In this document: positions 46,457-58,507 of the stretch, piece after piece
How the letters are laid out: each line of letters begins with the position of its first letter
How positions within the stretch are numbered: the stretch's first letter is position 1
From: Octopus vulgaris
Taxonomy: Eukaryota
Length of the DNA stretch: 64,000 nucleotides
Assembly (NCBI GenBank): GCA_951406725.2
Contig: OX597830.1
Location: 66,154,001 to 66,218,000 of the forward strand
Direction: 5' to 3'
Program-made: the position numbers and the translations under genes
Notes under the pieces: generated by a model
Databases searched by the model: none
Seen by the model: only the letters and a program-made list of their open reading frames with translations
Told to the model about the DNA's origin: nothing

Positions 46457-49400
46457 TTTACAATGGTAATTCCTATTAACACTCAGACACATACCATTAC
46501 ATTCAATTTACATTATATTACAATGTAAAATGATATTCTTGAGCAGTGGCGGCTCGTAGATAAAATTAGCAGGGGTGCTGCTTTAGAAAAATTTTAGCTG
46601 TTGTTTTAATATTGTGTAAAAAGAAACAAACATATAAAAATAAAATTTATACATAAACTTGATCGGTTCATATTTTATCCACTACTGGGTTGTGTGTTTA
46701 ATTTGTTCACTGAACACTGCTATGAATTCCCCCTTGTTTTTCAAAATCTCCCTTGATTCACAAAATTAGGTGGGTAAATGTGCCCTGTTTTTCAAATCCT
46801 GGCAGTAACACTGTAGCTGGAAGCAGGATAATAATCTAATTCTACACTTTATCACATTCAAGAATATAAACACGTTTTGAAGCACAACACATGTGGGGTC
46901 AAAAAGAAACAGTACCTTTTACCCGGCACTGTCGTTCACATAGTGCTCTCTCTCCCTAGTGTGAAGCTTCCTATCTCAGACATGTGAGCGTGTGCACAAC
47001 AACCAAACACTTCATTGCTGGAACTGTGAAACACACAGTTCTATACAAGGAGTTTGGTATTTTTTTTCAAAAACTAGGGGATGGCTACTGACATTAAGCT
47101 TAAGGACTATATAATGTACAATTATAAAGGAAGAATTAAAGTTTAAAGGACTCATTACATAGAATGTTATTGATAGTATTGAGTAGAAATAGAGGGTGCT
47201 GCAGTTCCGTAGCCCTTATATACGAGCCGCCACTGTTCCTGAGACATCCTCCTTCCTATAACTCAGTGTTTCACCTGCATCTGCCTTCTTTTTTCCAGTA
47301 TTACGACATTCTGAGCCTGACCGAAAGCCGAGAACCTACTTCAGTGGAACCGAGTCACGTGTTTGAGGTGCTTCCAAGTCAGCTCAGCCAATCGAAGTTT
47401 GAGCAACTCCAACAAGGGAGACAAATACTGTATGCCTATCATGGCAGCCGAGTGGAAAACTTTTACTCTATCCTCCACACAGGATTAGCTTCTCATATGA
47501 ATAAGGTAACCGGGAAGAGATTCTTGTGCATCTTTTAACCTTTCCTGTTTCCGTCATTGAGCTGCGGCCATGCTGGGGCTCTGCCTTCTTTTTTTTTTTT
47601 TAGTTAAACTGATCGACCCCCGGTACTTACAATTCGTTTTTGGTCTAATACTTATTCTATCAGTCTCTTTTTGCTGCACTGCTAAGTCACAAGAATATAA
47701 ACAAACCAACACCACTTGTCAAGCGGTTGGGGTGGGGTGGGAGCGAACGCTGAGACAAGGAGACGTGCACACACACACATATATATATATATATTTCTTT
47801 ATTGCCCACAGGGGGCTAAACATAGAGGGGACAAACGAGGGCAGACAAAGGGATTAAGTCGATTACATCGACCCCAGTGCAAAACTGGTACTTTATTTAT
47901 CGACCCTGAAGGGATGAAAGGCAAAGTCGACCTCGGCGTAATTTGAACTCAGACCATAACGAGACGAAATACTGCTAAGCATTTCGCCCGGCGTGCTAAT
48001 GGTTCTGTTAGCTCGCCACCCTATATGTATATATATATATACGTGTGTGTGTGTGTGTGCGCGCGCGCGCATGTGTATGAGCGTCTCCTTGTCTCAGCGT
48101 TCGCTCCCCACCCGACCCCAACCGCTTGACAAGTGGTATATTTATAATGTGTGTGTATGTATGTATGTGAGTGTGTGTTAATATCAAACAATCAGAATGA
48201 GTGCTCAACACTGAGCAGTACATAGAATAATGCACAGGAAGTGAACAGGGAATGGTGTACTGTTGGTGAATTTCAGGAAGCATGGAAGTCTTGAAGGATG
48301 CAGTGTCCTGACATCCAACCACTGATGCTGGTAGTTTATTCCATGCTTCAGCAATTCTGAGTGTGAAAAAAATCTTTCTGAAAGTCGTGGATGCTGTGTT
48401 ATGTTTTGATTTTGTAAGTCTGTCCACAAATGTCAGGCATATGGGATTCAAAAAGGTGCCCAAGATTGTTGTTAGAAAGATGATGGATAATCTTGTGGGT
48501 GTCTACTAAGTCTGTTGCAAGCATCCACTGTTAAAAATAATTTACTCCATATCTCTCAAAGTTTCTAAATTCTTATAATGTAAAAATATTTTTAAATGCT
48601 TACAAAGTCAGAAAACAGCACAGCTCCCATGACTTTCAAAAACATTTTTTCACGCTAAGAGTTGCTGAAGCATGGAACAAACTGCCGGCATCAGTTGTTA
48701 GTTGTCGGAGCACTGCATCCTTCAAAACTTCCATGCTTCCTGAGATTCGCCAACACTACACCTGATTTTCTCTCCTCCATACACACGCAAACATGTATCT
48801 GACTCATACACTGTTCACTTTCCAGACATTTGTACATTATATGCACTTTTGACAAGTTGTGTTGCACCTGAGCACTGTAGACAATAATTTCATTATTATT
48901 ATTATTATAAATATTAAAAATTTTAAGCAAAATTTTGTGGAGGTTAAATTCAGAATGCTTTCTGGAATTTTTTCGTATGTGGCTCATCTGTCATTCAAAA
49001 AAATTTTGGCCTTCAGGAATTTTTTTGATTTCAGAATTTTTTCATAAAAGATTATCAATTGTATTTGTATGGCTTTAAAAAATTTTATTTTTCTTTGCAG
49101 AATGGTATATTTGGAGAAGGTACTTACTTATCAAGTGAGCTATCTGTCTCTCTACACTACAGTCCTGCTGGTTTAGGCTGGTCAAAAAGCTGGCTGGGCA
49201 ATCGATTGAGTTGTGTTGCTGTATGTGAAATTATTGATGACCCTTCTGTTAAATGTCAACCTAAAGGTGAGTATAAACACAGCCTGTTCCTCAATATCCG
49301 AGACATAAACTTTATTTTCTTATCTTGCTTGAGTTACATTCTGTAATCCAGAAGTCATTGTCTTGGGGTTTTATCTCTTCATGGTCATATACAGATTTAT

Positions 49401-49629
49401 TGATGGGAGAAAGACAATCAGAACTCTAAAGGTAATAGCAGAGCAACTGAGAAGAGTTTCTACTGGATCTGGTCAAGGAGAAATGGAAGCGAATTTAAGA
49501 GGGCTTTAGGAAGGGCATCCAGCTGTAGAAACTCTGCCAAATCTGATTGGAGTCTGGTGCAGCCATCTGGTTCGCCAGACCTCAGTCAAATCGTTCAACC
49601 CATGCTAGTATGGAAAGCGGACGTTAAAC

Positions 49630-49662
<33 letters not shown>

Positions 49663-52409
49663 TTTAACTGCTCCTGGGTATGAGTATGAAACCTGCATCC
49701 CTCTGCCAAGCTATGTTGAGCCATAGAAAGATTTCCCCAACAAATTCCGTCTGATCCAAGTGCACATGGAAAAGTGGATGTTAAATGATGAATTATCAAG
49801 AAAGAATACATATTTCTTTGCTACCCACAAGGGGCTACATACAGAGGAGACAAACAAGGACAGACTAAGGGATTAAGTCGATTACATCGACCCCAGTGCG
49901 TAACTGGTACTTAATTTATCGACCCCAAAAGGATGAAAGGCAAAGTTGACCTCGGCAGAATTTGAACTCAGAACGTAGCGACGGGCGAAATACTGCTCAG
50001 CATTTCACCCGGCGTGCTAACGATTCTGCCAGTTCGCCAAGAAAGAATACAGGGCTCTGCTATCATCTGTGAAATGGCCCCATGCTCATTGTTTGGTGAA
50101 GGAGTATTCAGGAACTCTGGACAACATCATCATCATCATCATCATCATTATTTTAATGTTCACTTTTCTATCCTTGCCTGGGTTGGGGAATCAAGCTCCT
50201 TAACTACACAACCCTGCATAAAACATTGAATATAGTTTATCTACTACAATTTAAATATTTAACCATCGAGCGTAGCAGTTACTAGTGTCACCTGACAGGC
50301 GTCTGTGTCGGTAACACGTAAGAGCCGTTTGCCAGCCTGTGCTGGCTTCCGTGCCGGTGGCACATAAAAAACACCCACTACACTCACGGAGTGGTTGGTG
50401 TTAGGAAGGGCATCCAGCTGTAGAAACACTGCCAAATCAGACAGGAGCCTGGTACAGCCTCCATGGCTTACCAGACCCCGGTCGAACCGTCCAACCCATG
50501 CTAGCATGGAAAACGGACGTTAAATGATGATGATGATGATGATGATGATTCTACTCAACAAGATAGAAAAAGATGTAAAATTACAAACAAACTCTTTATT
50601 TCTCTCTCTCTCTCTTTCTATACTCTTTAGGAGACACTGAGTTGAAACGGTCACGTGCTCTGTTGCCTAATAGTATTGCTGGTGAAGTACCAGAAAAATA
50701 CTATGTAATCAGAAATAATGATGTAATAAGAGTCAAATATTTGCTCGTCTATGCTGATAAATCACCTAATAACAAGTAAGTTGACAATTTTGTCTCCCTT
50801 TTCACACCACAACTGATGCTTCTTAGGTCCAACCTTTCTTTCAGAGTACTAACACTCTGTCGAGTATGCACACTGACATTACACATCCATCAGAGCATGC
50901 TGGCTTCATTCCTTGTGAGCTTACGCATATCCTCAGCAGTCACGGCCCATGTTTGACTCCCATGTAGCATGGCTGTTCGTACACATGCGTTGTACAGTCT
51001 ACCTTTTACTCTCAGCGAGAGGCCCTTTGTCACCAGCGAGTCTGGTTCGCCAGACCTCAGTCAAATCGTCCAACCCATGCTAGCATGGAAAGCAGACGTT
51101 AAATGATGATGATGATGATGATTTGAATCAGATTTTATTAGTCTTGCTTTTGTGGAGGCGTATGGATTAGTGGTGTCGAACTCATTATCGTTAGATTGTG
51201 GTTTCGATTCCTGGACCGGGTGATGCGTTGTGTTCTTGAGCAAAACATTTCATTTCACATCGCTCCAATACAATCAGCTGGTAGAAGTGAGTAATCATGT
51301 GATGGACTGGTGTCCTATCTAGGGGAAAATATATACATGCCAGAGAAACTAGGAAACTGACCCTATGCTCCTTACAAAGAGATGTGGACTAACCAAGTCT
51401 TACTTTTACATGGCATTTTTTGAACCATAACATTATTGGTTACAGGTTTCCAAAGAGCCAGTCTACTAGCTTACTGCATTTCTGATAACCATAATGCCTA
51501 TGTAATTTGTACAGAACAAATACTACAGAGTATTTTAGTTTGAAAGCACTTTTACGCTCTTCAGATATACGAAGGGAGACACTGAAAGGGGTCTCAGGGA
51601 GTAGCATCCCTGCCTTCCTGAGCTAGTTTTCCATCACATTTCTTAAAAATCATGGTAGAGGCCTTGGTCTCGGGTACACTCATGTCTAGAAACTGAGGTT
51701 GGGGGTAAGCAAGGGCATGCTCCCCGTAGAAAATCCAGCCCCAAGAAAACCTCATGATAGCAAAGGAGAATGGGCACCAACCAGCCCAAAGGTTGGAGTG
51801 GGCTGTACCTGCCTACCTTAGTTGCTATATGGCATTGAGGTAGATCTGGCCACCCCCGTTAAAGGGGACAAAACCCGGATTTAAAACACTGGAGGAAGAT
51901 GATGATGATACACACACACATAGTAGAGACCATGCTAAAGTGGCCCTTCTCAGATGAAGGAGTAAACTACATGCGCAAACTACATGATGTCCTTGCTAGT
52001 GTTGGTGCCACAAAGCAAGCACCAAGTACACTTTTAAAGTGGTTGGCATTAGAAAAAGTATCCAGGTGTAGAAAAGCTTACATCGGAGCATGATGCAGTA
52101 CTCAGATTTACTGGAGGGTTTTCAAAGGAACTTCTCAAACACAGTCACGTCAGGGCCCTTTTAAATGTCATTTTAATTTGAATGCTAAGTTCACAAAATT
52201 GGTAGATTTTTTTTTCACATGTGGCTTTTTCTTCCATATCGTTCATGTAGTATGGCTGTGTGGTTAAGATACTTGTTTTGTGATCACTTAGTTTTAGGTT
52301 CAGTACCACTGCATGGCACTTCGGGCAAAGATCTGCTATGGCCCTGGGCCAACCCAATACCTTGTGAGTGGGTAGACAGAAACTACATGGAAGCTTGTTG
52401 TGTGTATGT

Positions 52410-52465
<56 letters not shown>

Positions 52466-53253
52466 ACATAACATAAAAAAAATCAAGTGGTTTAGTAACA
52501 GAGACTGATAGAATAAGTAGCAAACATAAAAAATGAAAAAAGTACTGGATCTCTTTGTTCGACTAAACCCCTCAAAGTGGTGCCCCAGCATGGCCACAGT
52601 ACAATGACTGATACAAGTAAAAGATGAAATATACCTGATATTGTCTTTTTATCACTTATATTCTTTTACCTGTTTCAGTCATTAGACTGTGGCCATGCTG
52701 GGGCACTACCTCGAAGAACTTTAGTCAAATGAGCCAACCTCGGTACTTTTTTTTTTAAAGCCTGGTACTTATTTTATCGCTCTCTTTTCATGAACTGCAA
52801 AGTTACAAGGACATAAACAAACCAACACCAGTTGTTAAGCAGTGGTGGGGGACAAGCACAGACACAAACACATACATTGGGCTTCTTTCAGTTTCCATCA
52901 ACCAAATCCACTCATAAGGCTTTGGTTGTCCCAAGGCGACAGTGGAAAGTACTTGTCCAAGGTGCCATGCAGTGATATTGAACCCAGACTTGTATGGTTG
53001 GGAAGCAAGCTTCTTACCACACAGCCACACTTTTGTCTATATTTCATTTCTCAAAGATATCTTATACTGAATTTTAATTAATGATTTTTTTTCTTTTTCA
53101 TTTTGTCTTTCTAGATTACAGAATCGTATGTCATGGTTCAGTCAACATAAATTCGCATTACTTATGGCATTTTATTTCCTACTCTTAGTAATTATTGGAT
53201 TGGCCAATTCTAAACAATTTAAACAAAATGTAAAACGGTTGTTTAAATCTTGA
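38857..53253 (+). CDS. PARP16: Mono-ADP-ribosyltransferase PARP16 (tail-anchored), complete, 332 aa: join(38857..39060,45370..45507,47299..47505,49101..49266,50631..50775,53115..53253)
   Basis: N-terminal [26 protein letters not shown]; catalytic motifs [80 protein letters not shown] (H-Y-Y triad); C-terminal hydrophobic anchor [18 protein letters not shown]. The exons total 999 nt with consistent phases. Confidence 0.96.
40733..41097 (-). mobile_element. SINE family A copy
   Basis: Same consensus with an internal deletion. Confidence 0.85.
42055..42465 (+). mobile_element. SINE family A copy
   Basis: Same consensus. Confidence 0.85.
42811..42863. repeat. (CTA)n microsatellite
   Basis: Direct reading. 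Confidence 0.9.
45370..45507 (+). CDS. PARP16: PARP16 exon 2
   Basis: ttgcag|GAA...GAT|gtaaga; [46 protein letters not shown]. Confidence 0.9.
46544..47235. mobile_element. hAT-type non-autonomous element
   Basis: 15-bp perfect TIR cagtggcggctcgta / tacgagccgccactg; 8-bp TSD ttcttgag / ttcctgag. Confidence 0.88.
47299..47505 (+). CDS. PARP16: PARP16 exon 3
   Basis: ttccag|TAT...AAG|gtaacc; contains [25 protein letters not shown]. Confidence 0.95.
47793..48018 (-). mobile_element. MetaSINE-like family C, representative copy
   Basis: On - strand: gagctaacagaaccattagcacgccgggcg...gaggtcgactttgcctttcatccc..ggggtcgataaataaagtaccag (Meta-domain-like); other copies near 6635-6785, 15281-16470, 27830-28270, 29960-30500, 31668-31845, 39219-39375, 49811-50038. 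Confidence 0.78.
48180..48530 (-). mobile_element. Diverged CR1-type LINE 3' fragment
   Basis: [38 protein letters not shown] in ORF 48008..48463. Confidence 0.8.
48597..48908 (+). mobile_element. CR1-type LINE 3' end, same family as 18567-18981
   Basis: Near-identical sequence ending in (ATT)n. Confidence 0.85.
49101..49266 (+). CDS. PARP16: PARP16 exon 4
   Basis: ttgcag|AAT...AAA G|gtgagt; [22 protein letters not shown]...[18 protein letters not shown]. Confidence 0.95.
50631..50775 (+). CDS. PARP16: PARP16 exon 5
   Basis: ctttag|GA GAC...AA|gtaagt; [47 protein letters not shown]. Confidence 0.95.
50795..51037 (-). mobile_element. RTE-type LINE ORF fragment
   Basis: [51 protein letters not shown] is an RTE post-RT region. 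Confidence 0.85.
53115..53253 (+). CDS. PARP16: PARP16 exon 6 (transmembrane tail)
   Basis: ttctag|A TTA CAG...TCT TGA; [45 protein letters not shown]. Confidence 0.93.
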
Positions 53254-53713
53254 TTTTTTATTTTTTTGTTAATTTAGACTGATGTAATTAACAAATGCAA
53301 AAACCAAAAAAAAAAAAGCAAAAAACAAAACAAAATGAAAGAAAATGAGAATCTGCAATTCCAGTGCTCTTGATTTATATATTATCTGCTTGTTGCTAAA
53401 CAACGTTGAGTTTATACACCTTCCCAGACAATGCTTTATCAGATGTTCTTACCTGAGAGATAAGACAAACATTTAGTCTTCTATTATGTGTAAGCAGACA
53501 ACATATTTGGTTTTGCTGAGATTATTCGGGGGGCGAGGAAACACATGTGATCAGAAACCAAACTATCACAATTTCAAAATCTCCTGGGACTCGGTTTCCA
53601 ATCGGACCCGGAGATTTTCAAATTGTAAATCTGGTTTCAAACTCCCAACTGATTTTAGCGGCAACACCAATAATGAATGTTTCCATATACATTTTCGTTG
53701 TATCTCTCTTTCT

Positions 53714-53918
53714 CTCTTTTACCTGTTTCAGTCATTTGACTGCGGCCATGCTGGAGCACCACCTTCAATCGAGCAACTCGACCCCGGGACTTATTCTTTG
53801 TAAGCCCAGTACTTATTCTATCGGTCTCTTTTTGCCGAACCGCTAAGTGACGGGGACATAAACACACCAGCATCGGTTGTCAAGCAATGCTAGGGGGGAC
53901 AAACACAGACACACACAC

Positions 53919-53949
<31 letters not shown>

Positions 53950-54116
53950 TACATATATACGACAGGCTTCTTTCAGTTTCCGTCTACCAAATCCATTCAC
54001 AAGGCTTTGGTCAGCCCGGGGCTATAGCAGAAGACACTTGCCCAAGGTGCCATGCAGTGGAGCTGAACCCGGAACCATGTGGTTGGTAAACAAGGTACTT
54101 ACCACACAGCCACTCC
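53714..54116 (-). mobile_element. SINE family A, full copy
   Basis: Same consensus; about 460 bp downstream of the PARP16 stop. Confidence 0.88.
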
Positions 54117-54400
54117 GTGTATTTATGTCATACAATGTATGCGTGAAAGGGATGGATAAACACGAAGTTATATTCCTGTTTGTTCTGTGACTTTTCATTG
54201 TTGATTAAATAAATATCACATACAAAGGGTGAGTCAGTCATTTGCAATGCACTTATAAAAAAAATCGTCGGCAATGATGATTTTGGTTTTTTTCTTTCAA
54301 GAAAGTGCCACCTTCATAGCTATAGTGATTCTAAGTCATTGGCAGATTTCAAAATTGAATGCTTGTATAATTGTGTGAGTTGTTTTGGGACCCGTCTTAA

Positions 54401-54968
54401 CCCTTTAGCATTCAGATTACTGTCAAATGTAAAGGGTAAAGACCCCCTTCGGTCATGAATGACCATGGGATTGCACCTAGAAAGTTACCCTCCCAGACAC
54501 AAGTCCGGGCAAGGTTGTTTATGGAAGACCAGCAGTCGCCCATGCATACCGGCCTCCCCTCTCCACGCCACCAGTGTTATCCAAGGGAAAGACAAAGGTC
54601 GATACAGCTTGGCACCAGTGACGTCGCAACTCATTTCTACAGCTGAGTTAACTGGAGCAACGTGAAATAAAGTGCTTTGCTCAAGAACACAACACGCAGC
54701 CCGGTCCGGGATTCGAGCTCACAACCTCACGATCGTAAGCTCGACGCTCTAACCACTGAGCCATGCGCCTTCACTGTCAAATTTAATGCTTATTTATTCA
54801 CATAGTTTTGAATTAATCATTATTCTGTGGCTTTGGGATTTCAAAGATGTGATCGTTTATTTTTAGAATGGCATTGCAGAGTAGGTGTGAGAGGCTGGAT
54901 ATGACCAGTTTGAACATAAAACAGGTAGAATATTTTGGCTGGACATGACCAGTTTCAATACTAAAGGG
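54401..54968. mobile_element. piggyBac-like MITE family P1 with nested CORE-like SINE
   Basis: TTAA|CCCTTTAG...CTAAAGGG|TTAA; interrupted by a SINE with TSD actgtcaaat(g/t)taa. Confidence 0.8.
54433..54772 (-). mobile_element. CORE-like tRNA SINE family D
   Basis: Head gaaggcgcatggctcagtggttagagcgtcgagcttacgatcgtgaggttgtgagctcgaatccc, then CORE-like tgttcttgagcaaagcactttatttcacgttgctccagttaactcagctgtagaaatgag; other copies at about 23403-23730 and 62553-62870. Confidence 0.85.
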
Positions 54969-54974
54969 TTAAAA

Positions 54975-55350
54975 TTTACTAGAAGCCAAATTAGTTATGG
55001 AGGAGTTCACAAGCAGAACATAATTTGAATATTATTCCCCACTTCATCAAGTCATCCAATCATCTGTTTAACAGAACCATGACATGGAAATGTTCAGTAT
55101 TACCATCAGCACAAAATGTGGTTGGGCATCTGGTTCCTTGATTTGTGGCACTTGTGTGACCATTTTTGAAAATTTTTCAATGCATTCATCGACAATCTGT
55201 AACAGCATGCATGACTCCTGTTCCCACACTATGCTGAAAGCCTTTGATAGATTTTCAGCTCCTGATCTGATACACATTCAACCCACAAGAAATGGATCAC
55301 TGAACGTTGATCTTCTTTACAGTGAACTAAAAGTGGTGCAGTTTTGGTTA
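54975..55350 (-). mobile_element. Degraded mariner transposase N-terminal fragment
   Basis: Frameshifted translation ...KEDQRSVIHFLWVECVS...ECIEKF.KNGHTS...MVLLNR resembles the mariner N-terminal HTH region. Confidence 0.65.
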
Positions 55351-55471
55351 AAGACAACTAAATTGAGATTTCAAGTTCAAACCTGAGTTATAGGGATTAA
55401 AAGAACATCACAACTAATTTTCTCACTGAAATGAGAAACATTATAAGAGCTTTGCAAACTAATGATTCACC

Positions 55472-55523
<52 letters not shown>

Positions 55524-55720
55524 TGCATACACACATGCATATCTGACATTATTTACACAATATCAGTTTTGATTTGTTACTAAGGAATTACTTATACATA
55601 CATATATATATATAACTACCTGATAGTTTTGGGTAGTAGTTGCATTTTATATATATAATATATATATCAGAAATATTAAATTTCTAAATCTCTCGTAGAG
55701 ACATGCACGGTGGTGGGGCG

Positions 55721-55942
55721 ATAGAATGGTTGTATACTGTCAATCTAACGTGAACGTGACACTAGGGGGTTACCTCACCGCTGTTAGTGCCCTAGGAAGC
55801 ATCGACGCCTCCTGATGGCTTTGACACATTTTTCCTGTGTCAAAGCCATCAGGAGGCGTCGATGCTTCCTAGGGCTAAACAGCAGTGGTGTAACCCCCTA
55901 CTGTCACGTTCACGTTAGATTGACAGTATGCAACCATTCTAT
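55721..55942. repeat. Long inverted repeat, ~108-bp arms, 7-nt loop
   Basis: 55721-55828 versus 55836-55942; the inner 40 bp are perfectly complementary. Confidence 0.92.
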
Positions 55943-56889
55943 ATATATATATATATGCTAAAAAGGCAAACCAGTGGATTCGGACAGAAATCAAAAGGTT
56001 TTCAATTTAAACGTGAATAAGGAATTAATTATCAAAAGTAAATATCTATCAACCTATCTACATATTGTGTAAAAGTAAATATTTTAAAGACACGACACAG
56101 GTAGAGACTTACTATCAAAACATCAGCTGGAGAATTTCCTCTTTTTTTTTTTATATTTTTAATCTCACGGATACAAAAGGTTTTTTTTTTTTTTTTATAT
56201 ATATAGATGTGCCAAGTTGGAATTTCAAGCTTCTATTGATTAGAAAACATAAAAAAAAAAAAAGACAAAACACACACATATAGAGCCAGTAGGCTTTATA
56301 GGTATGAAAATTAGAAACAAAATTTGCTCAATGAATTATCGGACGATTATTCATGTAAAAACAACACTTTGTAAATTACTGTAGTCAATTTTTATCTTTA
56401 TGTATGTATGTTTTTTTTTTTTCACATTTGATATATATTTTTACCATATTAAAAACATATATATATATATATGAAAAAAAAAAAATTTATTTTGAAATTA
56501 TTTTGGCTACAAATTTTTTTTCCAGAAGCAGGCATTGCTCCTCTCGTAGCTTTTCTTTTATTTATCCAGCGACTCCAGTAATACACACACACACACAAAT
56601 ACACAAACACACATACACATTCATAGATCGGGCTGCTCAAGAATGTAAATAAAAATTTTTAAAAAATAAACTTGTAAAAAAATGATTAAAAATGAAAACA
56701 AACTAAAGAGACAGATTAATATCACAACTTTCAGTTTTTATATTCTTCACAATGACAGTATTCAAACTGTATGCATTAAACAATTTTTACAATACTAATA
56801 CCATTGTTTCATTTTACTTTTTTTCTTGGATTTCAAATGTGATGTTTTGTTCAGTAGCAGCATGCGTCGTACACGTCCTTTTTTCAAAT

Positions 56890-57263
56890 ACTCTTTTACT
56901 TGTTTCAGTCATTTGACTGTGGCCATGCTGGAGCACTGCCTTTAGTCGAGCAAATCGACCCCAGGACTTATTCTTTGTAAGCCCAGTACTTATTCTATCG
57001 GTCTCTTTTGCCGAACCGCTAAGTGACGGGGACGTAAACACACCAGCATCGGCTGTCAAGCAATGCTAGGGAGACAAACACAGACACACAAACACATACA
57101 TATATATATATACATATACATATATACGACAGGCTTCTTTCAGTTTCCATCTACCAAATCCACTCACAAGGCATTGGTCGGCCCGGGGCTATAGCAGAAG
57201 ACGCTTGCCCAAGATGCCACGCAGTGGGACTGAACCCGGAACCATGTGGTTGGTTAGCAAGCT
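56890..57263 (-). mobile_element. SINE family A copy
   Basis: Same consensus. Confidence 0.88.
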
Positions 57264-57489
57264 AGAGCAAAAGTAAAAATGCATTATTTCTGTAAATGTT
57301 TCTATACTAGCATGGATGAGATAAGATTAGCGGCGTTACATATTGTTGAAGGAATTTTTTTCCATTTTCGTAGCTGGATACCTTTCCTCTCACACTGAAG
57401 TGTAAAACAACTCGGCTTCAGCTAGACAAAGTAGAGTTATGTCCCTTACGAAGCAGCACAATGCAATTGATTATAGTGAAGATTGAAAC

Positions 57490-57902
57490 GGATCCTTTCG
57501 GTTTGAATGGCAGTTTTTTAAAATAATTTCCACATAACTAAACACTTTCAAACTTCGTATACTGGTAGAATGTGTTTATAAAACATCTTTTTCTCTTGGC
57601 TTTATTGAGAAAATTCCATAGTTTGTAAGATATTTGTTGTTTTTTTGTCTTCTTCAATTTCTGCAATTTTAACCAATCAGTGACGTCTATTTGAGGTGAA
57701 AACATTCTGTGACGTATTAATATGTCCCCCGTTTAAGAAACAGGTTGGGTTTATTTACATTTGTGAAGAAAAAAAAAAGATACACTTCCCCCCAACCCCT
57801 AACCAGATTGAAATGCAATAGATCGATACTAGGGTCATAATTATGGGTGACAATTTCATGTGACACTGCTAGAAAAAACTGCCGTTCAAACCAAAAAGAT
57901 TC
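57490..57902. mobile_element. MITE with 8-bp TSD (Merlin-like)
   Basis: TIRs ggatcctttcggtttgaatggcagtttttt / aaaaaactgccgttcaaaccaaaaagattc; TSD attgaaac / atttaaac. Confidence 0.75.
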
Positions 57903-58507
57903 ATTTAAACTTATGGGTGTATGGTCAGGATTAACTTTTAACAACCGGAGATTTTAGAACATGTCACATAATACTACAATCTCATGATGTCGGCATAAGG
58001 TCATCAAACAGTGGCAGGTAAAATGAGCAACAAACAGATCTGAGCAAGGTGTTTCTCAATTATTTAAAATAGTGCAGTTTTATATATATCATCATCATCG
58101 TGTAGATGTGTGGTAAGAAGTTTGCTTCCCAACTGCAAAGTACCAGTTTCGGTCCCACTGTGTGGCACCTGGGGCAAGTAGCTTCTACTATATATAGCCT
58201 TGGGTTGGCCGAAGCTGTGTGAGTGGATTTAGCAGGTGGAAACTAAGAAAAGCTCCCCACGACTTAGCAGTTTGGCAAAAGATCCCGACAGATTAAGTAC
58301 CAGGCTTAAAAAAATAAAAGGTACTGAGGCTGACTAAAATCTCTTTAAGGTGGTGCCCCAGTATGGCCACAGTCTAATGACTAAAACAAGGAAATGATAA
58401 AAGATATAAACATAGTATTTTGATGAAGCTGAAAGGAGTTCACAAACTGTTACTCCGAGTTTCACAGAACAAAGCAACCGTCATGAGTAATAGTTTACAA
58501 AGGCGTT

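Noticed and set aside
47164-47298. ORF extension upstream of PARP16 exon 3
   Set aside because: Runs through a hAT TIR and the polypyrimidine tract; homology and the canonical acceptor put the exon start at 47299.
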